Positions 20,254 to 29,919 of a DNA stretch of 64,000 nucleotides are shown one piece after another. Each line of letters opens with the position of its first letter. Position 1 is the first letter of the stretch. The notes beneath the pieces are model-generated. The model was not told the origin of the DNA, made no database searches, and saw nothing but the letters and a program-made list of their open reading frames with translations. The stretch is from an uncultured bacterium (GTDB taxonomy: Bacteria; Actinomycetota; Coriobacteriia; Coriobacteriales; Coriobacteriaceae). The stretch covers positions 16,407 to 80,406 of the forward strand of contig CAJMPK010000001.1 in assembly GCA_905215205.1 (NCBI GenBank), in the 5' to 3' direction. A program made the translations under genes and the position numbers.

Positions 20254-20798
20254 TTACATAAACTCATAGATACCGCGGGAGCTGCCCGTGTAGCCGTAGT
20301 GCCTCTTGAGAGCCAGGTCCTTTTCCTCCCAAGCGAGGTGCCCGAGGTGTAGCGAGCGGGCCTTCAATTTCTCCAGGTATTCGTCGGCCGTCTCGATAAC
20401 CCTTGCCGGTACGCCGACTGCGACGGAGTCGCCGGGGATATCCTTCGTGACCACCGCACCGGCACCGATAACGACGTTGTCCCCGATGGTCACCCCCCCA
20501 TCACGATCGCGCAGTTGCCGATGTAGACATTGCTGCCAAGAACGATGGGGCGGGTGACCTCCAAGTCGGGAACGTCCTTGCGAAACAGAAGTGTTCCGCC
20601 GTCGTGCGTCTCAAAGCGAACGCCGTCGGTGATGTGAACGTTGTCACCCACCGTTATTAACCAGGGCTCGGTGGACCATACGACCTCGCCGTAAATATGA
20701 AAATCCTCACCGGCGTTCACACCGATACGGCGCGCATACTCCTCCGGCGTGTGCGAATGACGCCACAATTTATATTTCAGCTTCTTGATGATTGGCAC
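20254..20798 (-). pseudogene. Hexapeptide-repeat O-acetyltransferase, frameshifted at a G7 tract
   Basis: EPWLITVGDNVHIT...IVMGG-stop and [20 protein letters not shown] join if G7 (20493-20499) is G8. Confidence 0.85.
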
Positions 20799-20820
20799 TA
20801 GACACCTTCCTCTCGGTAAG

Positions 20821-22152
20821 TCATACGGCCCTGCGGCCGGAGGCTTCGGCACGGTCGAGAACCTTCTTGGAATAGACGGGGTACGTCACGCTGCTGATGA
20901 GCATGGCGGCAATCGTCCCGAGCAGAACCCCATTCACTCCGAGCCCGCACGACGTGGCGAGGAAGACAGAAAGGGGGATGTTGAACACCGCCTGTACGCA
21001 GGCAACCGCCACCATGAAATTGACGAGCGTGAGTCCGTTGATGACTTGGGAGTAGATGGTGTTCCACATATATACGATCGCATAGACGCCCATAAGGGCA
21101 ATGAGTGAGTCATCGAACCCGAGGTCGCGCCCCAGCCAAACACTTACGAGGGGCTTGAAGACGAGCACCATGACGATGACCCCGCCCACCGCGACAGCGA
21201 ACAGCTTGTACATCTTCCCGAGCGTCCGCCTGATTTCAGCGATATCGCCACGTGCGTAGTCGACGGTAGTCTTTGACCATAGAGGTACGACGAGCGCGGC
21301 AAACAGGGACGAGAGTACCGTGAACACCTTGTTGGCGGTTGTGTAGACCGTCACCTGCTCGGGCCCAAAGAGATTCGAGACGATGAGGTTATCGGTAGTG
21401 AAGAGGACAAGCGTGGCGATCTGGGTGATGAAGAACATGATGCCTAGGCCGCCAACGTCCTTTGCCACGGCACGAGAGCAGCTGCGCGGGGACGGGGCGA
21501 GCTCTCGGTTCCTCGCGAAGACGTAGATCGTGAAGACGCCGTACACCAAAATATTGGAAGCTACGTAAAAAACCGCGACCGCCGTGAGGCTTCGGGAATC
21601 TGTGAGCGAGAGCAGCCAGACCGACAGGAGCATGACCGCCTGCTGGCAGACCGAGATGAGGTTGACGACCTGGGCCCTCTGAAGCGCGTAGTACACACTA
21701 TTGCAAAGCGTAAGGACGAAGCTGAAGCACATACCAAGGAAGCTGAGCTCAACGACGCACAGCAGACTCTCATCCACCTCCCAGGCGGAAAGCAGGGCGG
21801 GCCAATCGATGAACGCGATGGCGATGCCGCAGACGGCGGCGACGACGGCGACGACGCCTGAGAGAATGGCGTAGGCGCTCGACACGAGGGCCTTCGGCGA
21901 TACGCGCGGCGAGTCGGAGGCGATGGCCTCGGAAAGGCGGTTGCGAAGGCCGTTGCCGATGCCAAGGTCGAAGTAGGAGATCCACGAGAGGATGCTCAGG
22001 ATCGACGCCCATACACCGTATTTGTAATCGCCGAGATAGTTGAGGACGATGGGGACGTAGACGAGGCTGAGGGCCATGGATACGCCCTTGTACACCATGG
22101 CCCGGCTCATGCTACGGCCGAGGTTGCTAGCGAGCTTCACGTAAGACTCCAA
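20821..22152 (-). CDS. wzx: Wzx-type oligosaccharide flippase
   Basis: Many TM helices; YGVWASILSILSWISYFDLGIGNGLRN motif. Confidence 0.85.
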   Translation of the reverse strand: MESYVKLASNLGRSMSRAMVYKGVSMALSLVYVPIVLNYLGDYKYGVWASILSILSWISYFDLGIGNGLRNRLSEAIASDSPRVSPKALVSSAYAILSGVVAVVAAVCGIAIAFIDWPALLSAWEVDESLLCVVELSFLGMCFSFVLTLCNSVYYALQRAQVVNLISVCQQAVMLLSVWLLSLTDSRSLTAVAVFYVASNILVYGVFTIYVFARNRELAPSPRSCSRAVAKDVGGLGIMFFITQIATLVLFTTDNLIVSNLFGPEQVTVYTTANKVFTVLSSLFAALVVPLWSKTTVDYARGDIAEIRRTLGKMYKLFAVAVGGVIVMVLVFKPLVSVWLGRDLGFDDSLIALMGVYAIVYMWNTIYSQVINGLTLVNFMVAVACVQAVFNIPLSVFLATSCGLGVNGVLLGTIAAMLISSVTYPVYSKKVLDRAEASGRRAV

Positions 22153-23458
22153 ACGAAGAAGCGGCCGCGCGCAAGGGCTGGACAGACGTTTCGGCCACGT
22201 TTTTGCAGTACAGGTAAATTGGAATGAAAATAAGCGTGGTGTAAAAGACCTCGCACTCGAGATAAGTCGCTATGAGATACATGGCGACGAAAGCCAACTT
22301 AGCGGAGAAGCCAAGCTCTCGAGATTTAAAAACGGGATAACAGGTCCAAATGAGAATAGCGATGCCCATAATCGGACCGTAGACGGCAGCCACCTTAAGT
22401 AAACAGGCACCAACGAACTCGCTGTTACCAGTCGAAATGGCAGTCCCGTACACGTTATAGCCACATCCAAAAGGATATCGCTGCATAAGAGCCAGCGCAG
22501 CATTCGCAGCTCCGACCCGAGCCTCACCCGATGCGTCCAGGGAAATACCTCCGTCGTTCATGAAGCGGCCAAGAACGGAGTCCGTAGCCCACGCCGAGTT
22601 CCCCATCGCAGACGCGATGAAAATGAACACGCATATGGACCCGAGGAAGAGCGGAACAATTGCGGAAACACGATTGCCCTTCTTCAATGAGGAAAGAGAG
22701 TAGGCGAAGAAGACCAGGAGAGTTGTGGCATAGCCAGTGGCGGATTTTGTGGAGAGGACACCCGCCACAAATAGTGCCAAAAGCCGCGCACGCGTCTTCT
22801 CATCAATTTCCTTAGGCTTCATGAAGAGCAGCACGAAGATAGCTGAATTGAGCAATATCTGGTAAACAGCAGGCTCTCTGAATATGCCAACGTTACGCGT
22901 GTGGTCAAACCCTCGGTCGACGTACAGGAGCAGCCCATCGGCCCGATAGTTGACGACGATCCTGTTCACGGAGTCCAACCATGTTGTATCTCCAAAGGAC
23001 AAGAAAAATGAAAACGGAGATAGGTGACCCCAAACTCCCGGGAAAACCTGAGAAATCAAATAGACAACTAGGCTGAAGCCAGTGAGGAAAGCCGCTAGCT
23101 TAATGAATCGGATAAGAAAACTCGAAACATCAAACATCACTGCAATAAGGGTAATTCCCACCATCGCTACCCAACCCAAAAGCTCAGTCGGCCCGAGCGC
23201 GTTTGTGCTTACCCGGACGAACAGCATGGCAAGAAAGCCCAAGGCCAATATCGAAATGGGATATACAAGCTGATATTTCCTGTTAGCCATAACGATGAGA
23301 GCAATTAGGGCCACCACCGGTATAACAATGTTCGTGAGAATGCGGTCGTACAGAAATGAATCAGCAAAAGCCACCATAAGGTAAATGAGCAAGTAATGGC
23401 AGGCGGCCTCGCGCTGCTTCTTCGAAGCTGAATTTTTCATGCTAAGAGTCGCCCTCAT
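22127..23458 (-). CDS. wzy: Wzy-like polysaccharide polymerase
   Basis: Polytopic membrane protein with RNVGIFREP and STKSATG loops; lower GC. Confidence 0.7.
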   Translation of the reverse strand: MRATLSMKNSASKKQREAACHYLLIYLMVAFADSFLYDRILTNIVIPVVALIALIVMANRKYQLVYPISILALGFLAMLFVRVSTNALGPTELLGWVAMVGITLIAVMFDVSSFLIRFIKLAAFLTGFSLVVYLISQVFPGVWGHLSPFSFFLSFGDTTWLDSVNRIVVNYRADGLLLYVDRGFDHTRNVGIFREPAVYQILLNSAIFVLLFMKPKEIDEKTRARLLALFVAGVLSTKSATGYATTLLVFFAYSLSSLKKGNRVSAIVPLFLGSICVFIFIASAMGNSAWATDSVLGRFMNDGGISLDASGEARVGAANAALALMQRYPFGCGYNVYGTAISTGNSEFVGACLLKVAAVYGPIMGIAILIWTCYPVFKSRELGFSAKLAFVAMYLIATYLECEVFYTTLIFIPIYLYCKNVAETSVQPLRAAASSFGVLREAR

Positions 23459-24642
23459 TGCCGCTCGCCCTCTAAAGCCTGGAAATAGTCTTCAACGCGG
23501 TCGGCGTTCCCGTACTCATTCGACTTGAGATAGAAGCTGAGCTCCTCACAACGAGAGGAGTCTTCGAGCAACCCTTGCACGGCATCAGCGAGCGATGCCG
23601 CGTCAGTGCCAGCGATGATTCCCTCTTTGTCGCCAAGCTGGTCATGGACCGTGGGGTACGCCATCGCAACAATGGGCCTCGTAAGAATCTTGGCCTCGTC
23701 TAGGGCGACTGACTTTCCCTCGAAGCGTGACGGCTGCACGACGATGTCGCAGTTAGCTATGTAGGGATAGGGGTTCTCGCGGGCGCCCAAGAACGTGAAA
23801 ACGTCCGCAACACCCAGCTCTTCAACAAGCTTTTCGCAAGCGGCTTGCTCGGAATCGCCAGTAAGCCCCTTTCCCATCTCGTACCAGCGAAACGAGCAGC
23901 CGCGCTGCTTGAGCTCGGCTGCCGCTCGGATGGCGGTGTCCACACCCTTCTCGTGAGTGATGCGCGCCACCGTAAGGATTCTCGGCGCGTCAGCATCGTA
24001 CTCTGGCGGGATGAACTCGGACGCGCGGCGTCGCACTACATCCGAAGAAACAATGTTCGGAAGACTCTTCATCTTGTATGCCATCTCAGGGAAAACAGAG
24101 CGCACGATGTCGATGCACTTATCGGAAACGGCATAGATGCCATCCATGCGTTCCAGGCAGGGTCGCTCGTATTTTTCCGAATAGCGGGCAGAGCGATAGT
24201 CTCCGTGATAAAAGACTATCTTGCGATCGGCCTCAATCTTCTCATCGACAAAGTAGAGAACTTGACCGTTAATAAATGAAACAGCCACGTCGTAATGACC
24301 CGGTATTTTATCTATGGCAGGAGAAAAGAAGTATTTCCAACGGAATCCGCGGCGGGTCTCTTCATCGCGAGAGACAATGCCGGAAACAACGTCTGCCGTT
24401 AGACGCCACACCCCAGCCCTACGGCCGCGAACCGATGTGAAGCAATCGCGTACTTTAGCGGGAGTCTGAAGTTCAGCTACCTTTGACGGTATTTGCCCCA
24501 TAAAAAGCCCGGTGGGGTTCAAAAGCAGGAGATTGACGTCGTAGCGCGTTTCCGGAAGCTCTTCCAGAAGGTTGAGAAGCGCTCGCTCCGCACCGCCATT
24601 GTCCATTGAGGACATGACGAACAGGACTTTCTTTTTGCTCAC
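23455..24642 (-). CDS. GT4 glycosyltransferase
   Basis: GGAERAL and SRFEGKSVALDEA motifs. Confidence 0.9.
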   Translation of the reverse strand: MSKKKVLFVMSSMDNGGAERALLNLLEELPETRYDVNLLLLNPTGLFMGQIPSKVAELQTPAKVRDCFTSVRGRRAGVWRLTADVVSGIVSRDEETRRGFRWKYFFSPAIDKIPGHYDVAVSFINGQVLYFVDEKIEADRKIVFYHGDYRSARYSEKYERPCLERMDGIYAVSDKCIDIVRSVFPEMAYKMKSLPNIVSSDVVRRRASEFIPPEYDADAPRILTVARITHEKGVDTAIRAAAELKQRGCSFRWYEMGKGLTGDSEQAACEKLVEELGVADVFTFLGARENPYPYIANCDIVVQPSRFEGKSVALDEAKILTRPIVAMAYPTVHDQLGDKEGIIAGTDAASLADAVQGLLEDSSRCEELSFYLKSNEYGNADRVEDYFQALEGERQ

Positions 24643-25652
24643 GACAATCCCCCTTCCAATAGCCTGCCGTAATACGTTTGCCTACCATCAGTTTGTTTTG
24701 GAAATTCTTGCTTCCACGTGAGCTTAAAGAGGCTCGTATCCAGAAGGAGCTCACTCCAAGCACTTTGATCGAAAGGCCTATCTAGTATCGAAATAAGATC
24801 GTCGCAACGAGGATTATTTGATTCGATTGACGCAAATGCGGCGGCGACCGAGGAGTCATGGCGTTGAGCTAGGACGATGAGGTAATCGGTAAGCAAATAA
24901 TCGATTAACTCATCACTCTGAAGCCAATACTCAAGGTAGTAATCCCTCAAAGTTGCGAATAGTCGACGATGTTCGACGTCGCACTCAAGAGAATAATTTG
25001 CAAACATGCCGCAGGCGACGGACGCATGCAGATAGTCGGGCCTTTTAATGGACCAAATTGGCAAAGCCATGTATTCACCTAGCGAGCCGGTGCAGAAGAA
25101 AGTGGCATCCAGCCACATGCCGCCGTGCTCAGCCAATAACGAGAGCCTCAACAGATCGGATAAATGGGTCCGCGACATGATGCCAGCACGGACTTTTTCG
25201 AGCACCCAATCGGGGATATGAGCGTAGTCGGAGAGATTCTCTTCCGAAATGACGATGACCTCGTGCCCACCGGCGTTGCGGCGCACGGAGTCGATGCACG
25301 CCCTCACGATCTCGGGCGCGTTCTCCTCACCCTGCCACCAGCACATCCAGATCTTCCCCTCGAGGGCGGGATCGGATGGCGGCAACGGTGCGTCATAGTC
25401 ATATGACTCGAAGGAATCGCCGAAGCGGTTCTCGAGATATTTGAGGACGGTCTCATGCTTGCGCAGCAACCGCTCCTTTACCGCAGGCGGCTCCTTGTAC
25501 CCGTTGCGGCTCATGACCTGGATGTCGAGCTTCGCCCGGAACGTGTTGATCGCCTCGGGCCACGACGTCGCCCTGGCGATTCGGAACGTTGCGCCGATCT
25601 CCTCGCAGGAGCGGTGCACAATCCTGTTGATGCTGTTATGGCCGTTAGCCAT
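24639..25652 (-). CDS. Capsular polysaccharide synthesis protein (DxD GT32-like)
   Basis: IWMCWWQG, SDLLRLSLL, GGMWLDAT and FKLTWK motifs. Confidence 0.85.
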   Translation of the reverse strand: MANGHNSINRIVHRSCEEIGATFRIARATSWPEAINTFRAKLDIQVMSRNGYKEPPAVKERLLRKHETVLKYLENRFGDSFESYDYDAPLPPSDPALEGKIWMCWWQGEENAPEIVRACIDSVRRNAGGHEVIVISEENLSDYAHIPDWVLEKVRAGIMSRTHLSDLLRLSLLAEHGGMWLDATFFCTGSLGEYMALPIWSIKRPDYLHASVACGMFANYSLECDVEHRRLFATLRDYYLEYWLQSDELIDYLLTDYLIVLAQRHDSSVAAAFASIESNNPRCDDLISILDRPFDQSAWSELLLDTSLFKLTWKQEFPKQTDGRQTYYGRLLEGGLS

Positions 25653-26928
25653 CGATTGACTCCTTATACAGGTTCACGAGGTCGTTCATGAACTTCTCGC
25701 GCGAGCAGTTTTCCATGACGTAGGAGCGGCAGTTGCGCTGCAGCATCGAGTAAGCGGACCGATCCAAGAACGCACTCGTGCCGCGCAAGATGGCATCCGC
25801 CATCGAAGGGACATCCCCGGGCTCGCAAATGAATCCCGTTTTCCCCTCATCAACCAATTCAGGGATTCCGCCGATATTCGTGCCGATGACAGGCGTGCCC
25901 GCAGCAAGAGCCTCCACAATCGAGTACGGCATGTTCTCTCGCCATCTCGAACTCGCGATGGCGAGAGACGCCCTCTCCACATACGCTTGCAGCGCCCCAC
26001 CGGTCTGATAGCCGGCGAACTCGATGCGAGGCGCACAGCCCAACGAAGACGCGAGCGTCTTGAAATCGGCGGCATCTGGGCCGTCGCCGACGACAACCAA
26101 GCGCATGTTCTGCGGGAGGCTCGGCAAGGCGGCATCGAAGGCCCTCAGCAGCGTGTCGACGCCCTTCTCGGCAGAGAGCCGCCCGAAGAACAGGAGATAG
26201 GGGTTCTCCCTGTCGGTCGCATCCGCCCCGGCATTCGCCGCACGGTCGAGGATCGCGTCGTCGGCGAAGTTCTGCAGGAATACGACCTTGCCCTCGGGCC
26301 AGCCGCCCTCGATGAGCTTGGAACGCATGAACCTGGAGGGCGCGATGACCCTGTCGATACGCCGGTTGGACTTATGGGCCCTGTTGAAGGACGCCTCCAT
26401 CGCCGCCAGCGCGCTCTTCGCGCGCGAGCCCTTCACGCAACGGCGCTCGATGCAGTGGCGGTAGCACCCGTCCTCGAGGCACGCGTCGCAGACGCGCCCG
26501 TCGCCGTCGAGCATGAGGTAGCCGGGGCAGACGGTCACGTAATCGTGGGCCGTGTAGAAGACCGGAACCTTGTTCTCCCTCAGGTAAGGGGCGTCGAGAA
26601 TGGATAGCGTGATCTGCCTGTGCACGTTGTTGAGGTGGACGACATCGGGGCGGAACTCCTCGCAGAGGGCCTGGAAGTTGCGCTTCGCCTCCGGCGAGTA
26701 GATCAGCGCCATGCCGTCGCGCGCCGCCTTGAGCGGGTTCTTGACGTTGTTGTACTCGCGCTGCGTCACGAAATACTTATCCCACTCGCAGGGCAGGTTG
26801 TCAGGGTGCCTCATCGAGAAATAGGCCACCTCATGCCCCATGCGCTCAAGCTCGGATCCGACGGTGAGGTAATAGGTCTCCGCACCGCCCTTGCGGTAGT
26901 GGAACTTGTTTACGAGAAGAATCCTCAT
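25645..26928 (-). CDS. GT4 glycosyltransferase
   Basis: KGGAETY and ENMPYSIVEA motifs. Confidence 0.9.
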   Translation of the reverse strand: MRILLVNKFHYRKGGAETYYLTVGSELERMGHEVAYFSMRHPDNLPCEWDKYFVTQREYNNVKNPLKAARDGMALIYSPEAKRNFQALCEEFRPDVVHLNNVHRQITLSILDAPYLRENKVPVFYTAHDYVTVCPGYLMLDGDGRVCDACLEDGCYRHCIERRCVKGSRAKSALAAMEASFNRAHKSNRRIDRVIAPSRFMRSKLIEGGWPEGKVVFLQNFADDAILDRAANAGADATDRENPYLLFFGRLSAEKGVDTLLRAFDAALPSLPQNMRLVVVGDGPDAADFKTLASSLGCAPRIEFAGYQTGGALQAYVERASLAIASSRWRENMPYSIVEALAAGTPVIGTNIGGIPELVDEGKTGFICEPGDVPSMADAILRGTSAFLDRSAYSMLQRNCRSYVMENCSREKFMNDLVNLYKESIDG

Positions 26929-28049
26929 CGGACATCACCCCCGTAGACGGCAAGGGTCCGCTCGACGACGGAATCCCAGTTGTAGGTTTTCTCGACGTGC
27001 GCCTTGGCGGCGGCGCCGAGGGCGCCTGCGCGGCCAGCGTCCGCGAGCAGGTCTCGCAGCGCGGACCGCAGGGAATCGACACTCCCCTTCTCGAACGTCA
27101 CGCCGTTGCCCGCGAGGACATCCGCGCACTCGGGGATGTCGCTCGTCACGCAGCAGCGGCCGTATGCCATGGCCTCCAGCAGGCTCATGGGCATGCCCTC
27201 GACATCGGACGGCAGCACGTAGGCGTAGCAGTTGGAGTAAAGCTCCTCCAGGGGCTCGCCGTTTACGAACCCGGTGAAGAGGACGCGCGGGTCGCCCTGC
27301 GCAGCCACACGCAGCGAAGCCTCGTACTCGGAGGTGTCCGAACCGCCGCCGGCGATGACGAGGCTCTTGTTCGTATCAAGCTTCCTGAAGACCTCGATCA
27401 GGAGCTCGGGACGCTTCTCGGGGACGAGCCTGCCCAGGTACAGCAGGTAGGAGCCCGCATCGAGCCCCCACTTCTCCTTTATCTGAATAACCGGCCTCGG
27501 CTGCTTTGGCTCGATACCGTTGGGGATGAACGTCGCCGTGCGGCCGTAGGCGCCCTCAAAGTAGGACTGGGCCGATTTGGACAGGACGACGAGGCCGTCG
27601 GCCTTGGTGGCAGCGGCCCTCTCCCCCATCTTGATGTAGGTGCTGGCGAGCTTCCCCCACTTGGCGCGCTGCCAGTCCAGGCCGTGGATGGTGGCCACGG
27701 TGCGAATGCCCGCGCGCTTCGCCAAAGGCAGGGGCACGCAGGGACCCTCGGCGTGGTAGTGGACCACGTCTGGACTGTCCTTGATGGCCGCCAGGGTTGC
27801 GAAGTACGAGGAGCTCAGCGCAGCAAGCCCCTTCTTGTCAATCGTCCTCACGGGGACGACGCGCACGCCGTCGACGGTGCGCTCGCGGCAGTCAGCGGCG
27901 TCGCCGGTCATGACGTCCGACCCGGAGCGGTCGTAGCAGGTGACCTCGTGGCCGAGCGCCGCCATGCGGCGGGCGAGCTCGGTCACGACGACCTCCACGC
28001 CGCCCTCGCGAGAACCGTATCTCTTATGTCCGATCATCGCGATGCGCAT
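26925..28049 (-). CDS. GT4 glycosyltransferase
   Basis: REGGVEVVV and EGMPMSLLEAM motifs. Confidence 0.9.
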   Translation of the reverse strand: MRIAMIGHKRYGSREGGVEVVVTELARRMAALGHEVTCYDRSGSDVMTGDAADCRERTVDGVRVVPVRTIDKKGLAALSSSYFATLAAIKDSPDVVHYHAEGPCVPLPLAKRAGIRTVATIHGLDWQRAKWGKLASTYIKMGERAAATKADGLVVLSKSAQSYFEGAYGRTATFIPNGIEPKQPRPVIQIKEKWGLDAGSYLLYLGRLVPEKRPELLIEVFRKLDTNKSLVIAGGGSDTSEYEASLRVAAQGDPRVLFTGFVNGEPLEELYSNCYAYVLPSDVEGMPMSLLEAMAYGRCCVTSDIPECADVLAGNGVTFEKGSVDSLRSALRDLLADAGRAGALGAAAKAHVEKTYNWDSVVERTLAVYGGDVR

Positions 28050-28811
28050 CTAGCACGCACCCTTACCGGTGATGACCTCGATCACCGTGAGGACGACGAT
28101 CTTGAGGTCCGTTACGGGACCGCGCTTGGCGATGTACTCCAGGTCCCGGCGGACCATGCCGTCGAACCCGGTCGAGTTGCGCTCCGTCACCTGCCACCAG
28201 CCGGTGATCCCGGGCTTCACGGCCAGGCGCTGCAGGTCGAATTCCGTGTACTCCGCGACCTCGTTGGGCAGCGGCGGGCGCGGGCCCACGACCGACATCT
28301 GGCCCAGGAACACGTTGACGAACTGCGGGAACTCGTCGATGGAGTGCTTTCGGATGAACTTGCCGATCTTCGTGACGCGCGGGTCGTCCCTCATCTTGAA
28401 CATGGCGCCGGCGATCTCGTTCTGCCCCTTGAGCTCGGCGAGGCGCTCGTCGGCGTCTTTGTACATGCTGCGGAACTTCCACATGCGGAAGGTGGACAGC
28501 CTGCCGTCGCGGTGGGTCTGGCCCACGCGGATCTGGCTGTAGAACGGGTTTCCCTCGCTCTCCAGGCGGATGGCGACAGCCAGCACCAGGCTGGGTATGG
28601 CGATGACGGCCAGCACGCAGCCGCTGAACACGATGTCGAACGCGCGCTTTACGGCCCTGTAGCCCAGGCGCGTGCGGTCCCAGTCCTTAACGGCCTGCAT
28701 GGCCTTGTAGCGCACGCTCACCTCGCCGCCACTCATGGCCTGGGCAACAAGCGCGGCCCCCACCGGCGCGTTTTGCCCTGTCACTTCTTTAGTAGTCAAG
28801 TTCAAATTCAC
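28050..28811 (-). CDS. Priming sugar-1-phosphate transferase (CpsE/WbaP catalytic domain)
   Basis: KRAFD, KFRSM, DPRVT, DEFPQ, MSVVGPRP and KPGITGWWQV motifs. Confidence 0.92.
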   Translation of the reverse strand: MNLNLTTKEVTGQNAPVGAALVAQAMSGGEVSVRYKAMQAVKDWDRTRLGYRAVKRAFDIVFSGCVLAVIAIPSLVLAVAIRLESEGNPFYSQIRVGQTHRDGRLSTFRMWKFRSMYKDADERLAELKGQNEIAGAMFKMRDDPRVTKIGKFIRKHSIDEFPQFVNVFLGQMSVVGPRPPLPNEVAEYTEFDLQRLAVKPGITGWWQVTERNSTGFDGMVRRDLEYIAKRGPVTDLKIVVLTVIEVITGKGAC

Positions 28812-28880
28812 GTCCCTGTCCCCAGGGATCCCCCAATCGATGAATTCAAATTGCGAATGAATTGCCAGTGCGACGTCCCC

Positions 28881-29471
28881 TTACGTCTTACTGAGCACGT
28901 CCAACGGAAGCAGCTCCCAAAATGCGGAGTCGCCTTCGCCCACGTCTACCAGGCACCAGCGCTTATGACGGTCGATCTTCTTTACACGGGCCTCTTGCCC
29001 CACCAAGGGCCCTTGCTCTATATGCAGTACGCCGTCTTCTATGCGCGCTACGCTGTTGCGAACCACGCCCTCGTCGTCGAGCACGCTGCGGTACCAGTCC
29101 TGGGCATCGTCCGGCATGGCCGCATAGGCCCGCTCCCTGCTGCCGGCAATGCGGCAGCCAAAACTCAACTGGGCCAAAGCCTTATCGAGCAGGGCGGCAT
29201 CGCGCGTGGCGACGAAGAAGTATTCCTTGTACATAGGTTTGATTTGGAGCGACCAGGCGCCGTCCCGCTTAAACCAGAACTCCTTTTGCATCACAAAAGC
29301 GTCCTGCAACAGCTCATGTGGGATAATGCGGCGGACCTTTTCACAGGTCTCGCGCTCTTTACCGTTGGGGGTGTGGACCAGATACCAGCGGACGCGGCCA
29401 TGTTGGCTATTGGTAGTAGCGCCGTTAAAGGCACCGGGCAGCTGCTCTTGGCGCCGCATCGTCTGTTCCAT
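28881..29471 (-). CDS. NusG-paralog antiterminator (LoaP/UpxY-like)
   Basis: WYLVHT NGN start, PMYKEYFFV, KOW-like GPLVGQEARVKKIDRHKR; first gene of the polysaccharide locus. Confidence 0.85.
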   Translation of the reverse strand: MEQTMRRQEQLPGAFNGATTNSQHGRVRWYLVHTPNGKERETCEKVRRIIPHELLQDAFVMQKEFWFKRDGAWSLQIKPMYKEYFFVATRDAALLDKALAQLSFGCRIAGSRERAYAAMPDDAQDWYRSVLDDEGVVRNSVARIEDGVLHIEQGPLVGQEARVKKIDRHKRWCLVDVGEGDSAFWELLPLDVLSKT

Positions 29472-29697
29472 CTCTCGCCCCCTTAACTTGCATCCGCGAC
29501 GCACGCGAATACAGGGGCGTTAAGAACAGGCTTCCCGCTCGCAGCTAGGCGCTGTCGCAAAAGTACAGGTTTTTATAGAGGGGTATGGAGATGTGTCCGC
29601 TCGCGCCGCAATTTGCGCAATCTGGGAAAACAGTCTGGATTTATTCGTATAATGAGCTTAGTCGAAAGATACGAAAAACTGTACATTTTTGCGCAAC

Positions 29698-29724
29698 AAA
29701 AAAGCCGCTCTACCAGCGGCTTTT
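29698..29724. terminator. Bidirectional intrinsic terminator
   Basis: A-run, GCCGCT-CTACC-AGCGGC, then TTTT. Confidence 0.65.
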
Positions 29725-29850
29725 CTTATACATGGGCAATATTGGATTGTTGCGGGTTCATTTTACTTTGCAAAACAGTTACGGGGGTTGTCGGCATCTT
29801 GTGAGCGTTGCGCAACTGCAACTAACCCTTCCCAGCCCCATGCTCGGCAT

Positions 29851-29886
29851 AAAAAACGCGGCCGCCCCGTGCATGGGACAGCCGCG
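29851..29886 (-). terminator. thrS terminator
   Basis: Minus strand CGCGGCTGTCCC...GGGGCGGCCGCG followed by T6. Confidence 0.7.
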
Positions 29887-29919
29887 TATACATGCGGTCT
29901 ATGAACCTTTGGCGTCGCC

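Noticed and set aside
26997..29486. 829-aa plus-strand ORF, and similar long antisense ORFs at 40003-42159, 46029-48071, 30163-31509 and 58761-60602
   Set aside because: Shadow ORFs opposite well-supported high-GC genes; no recognisable motifs.
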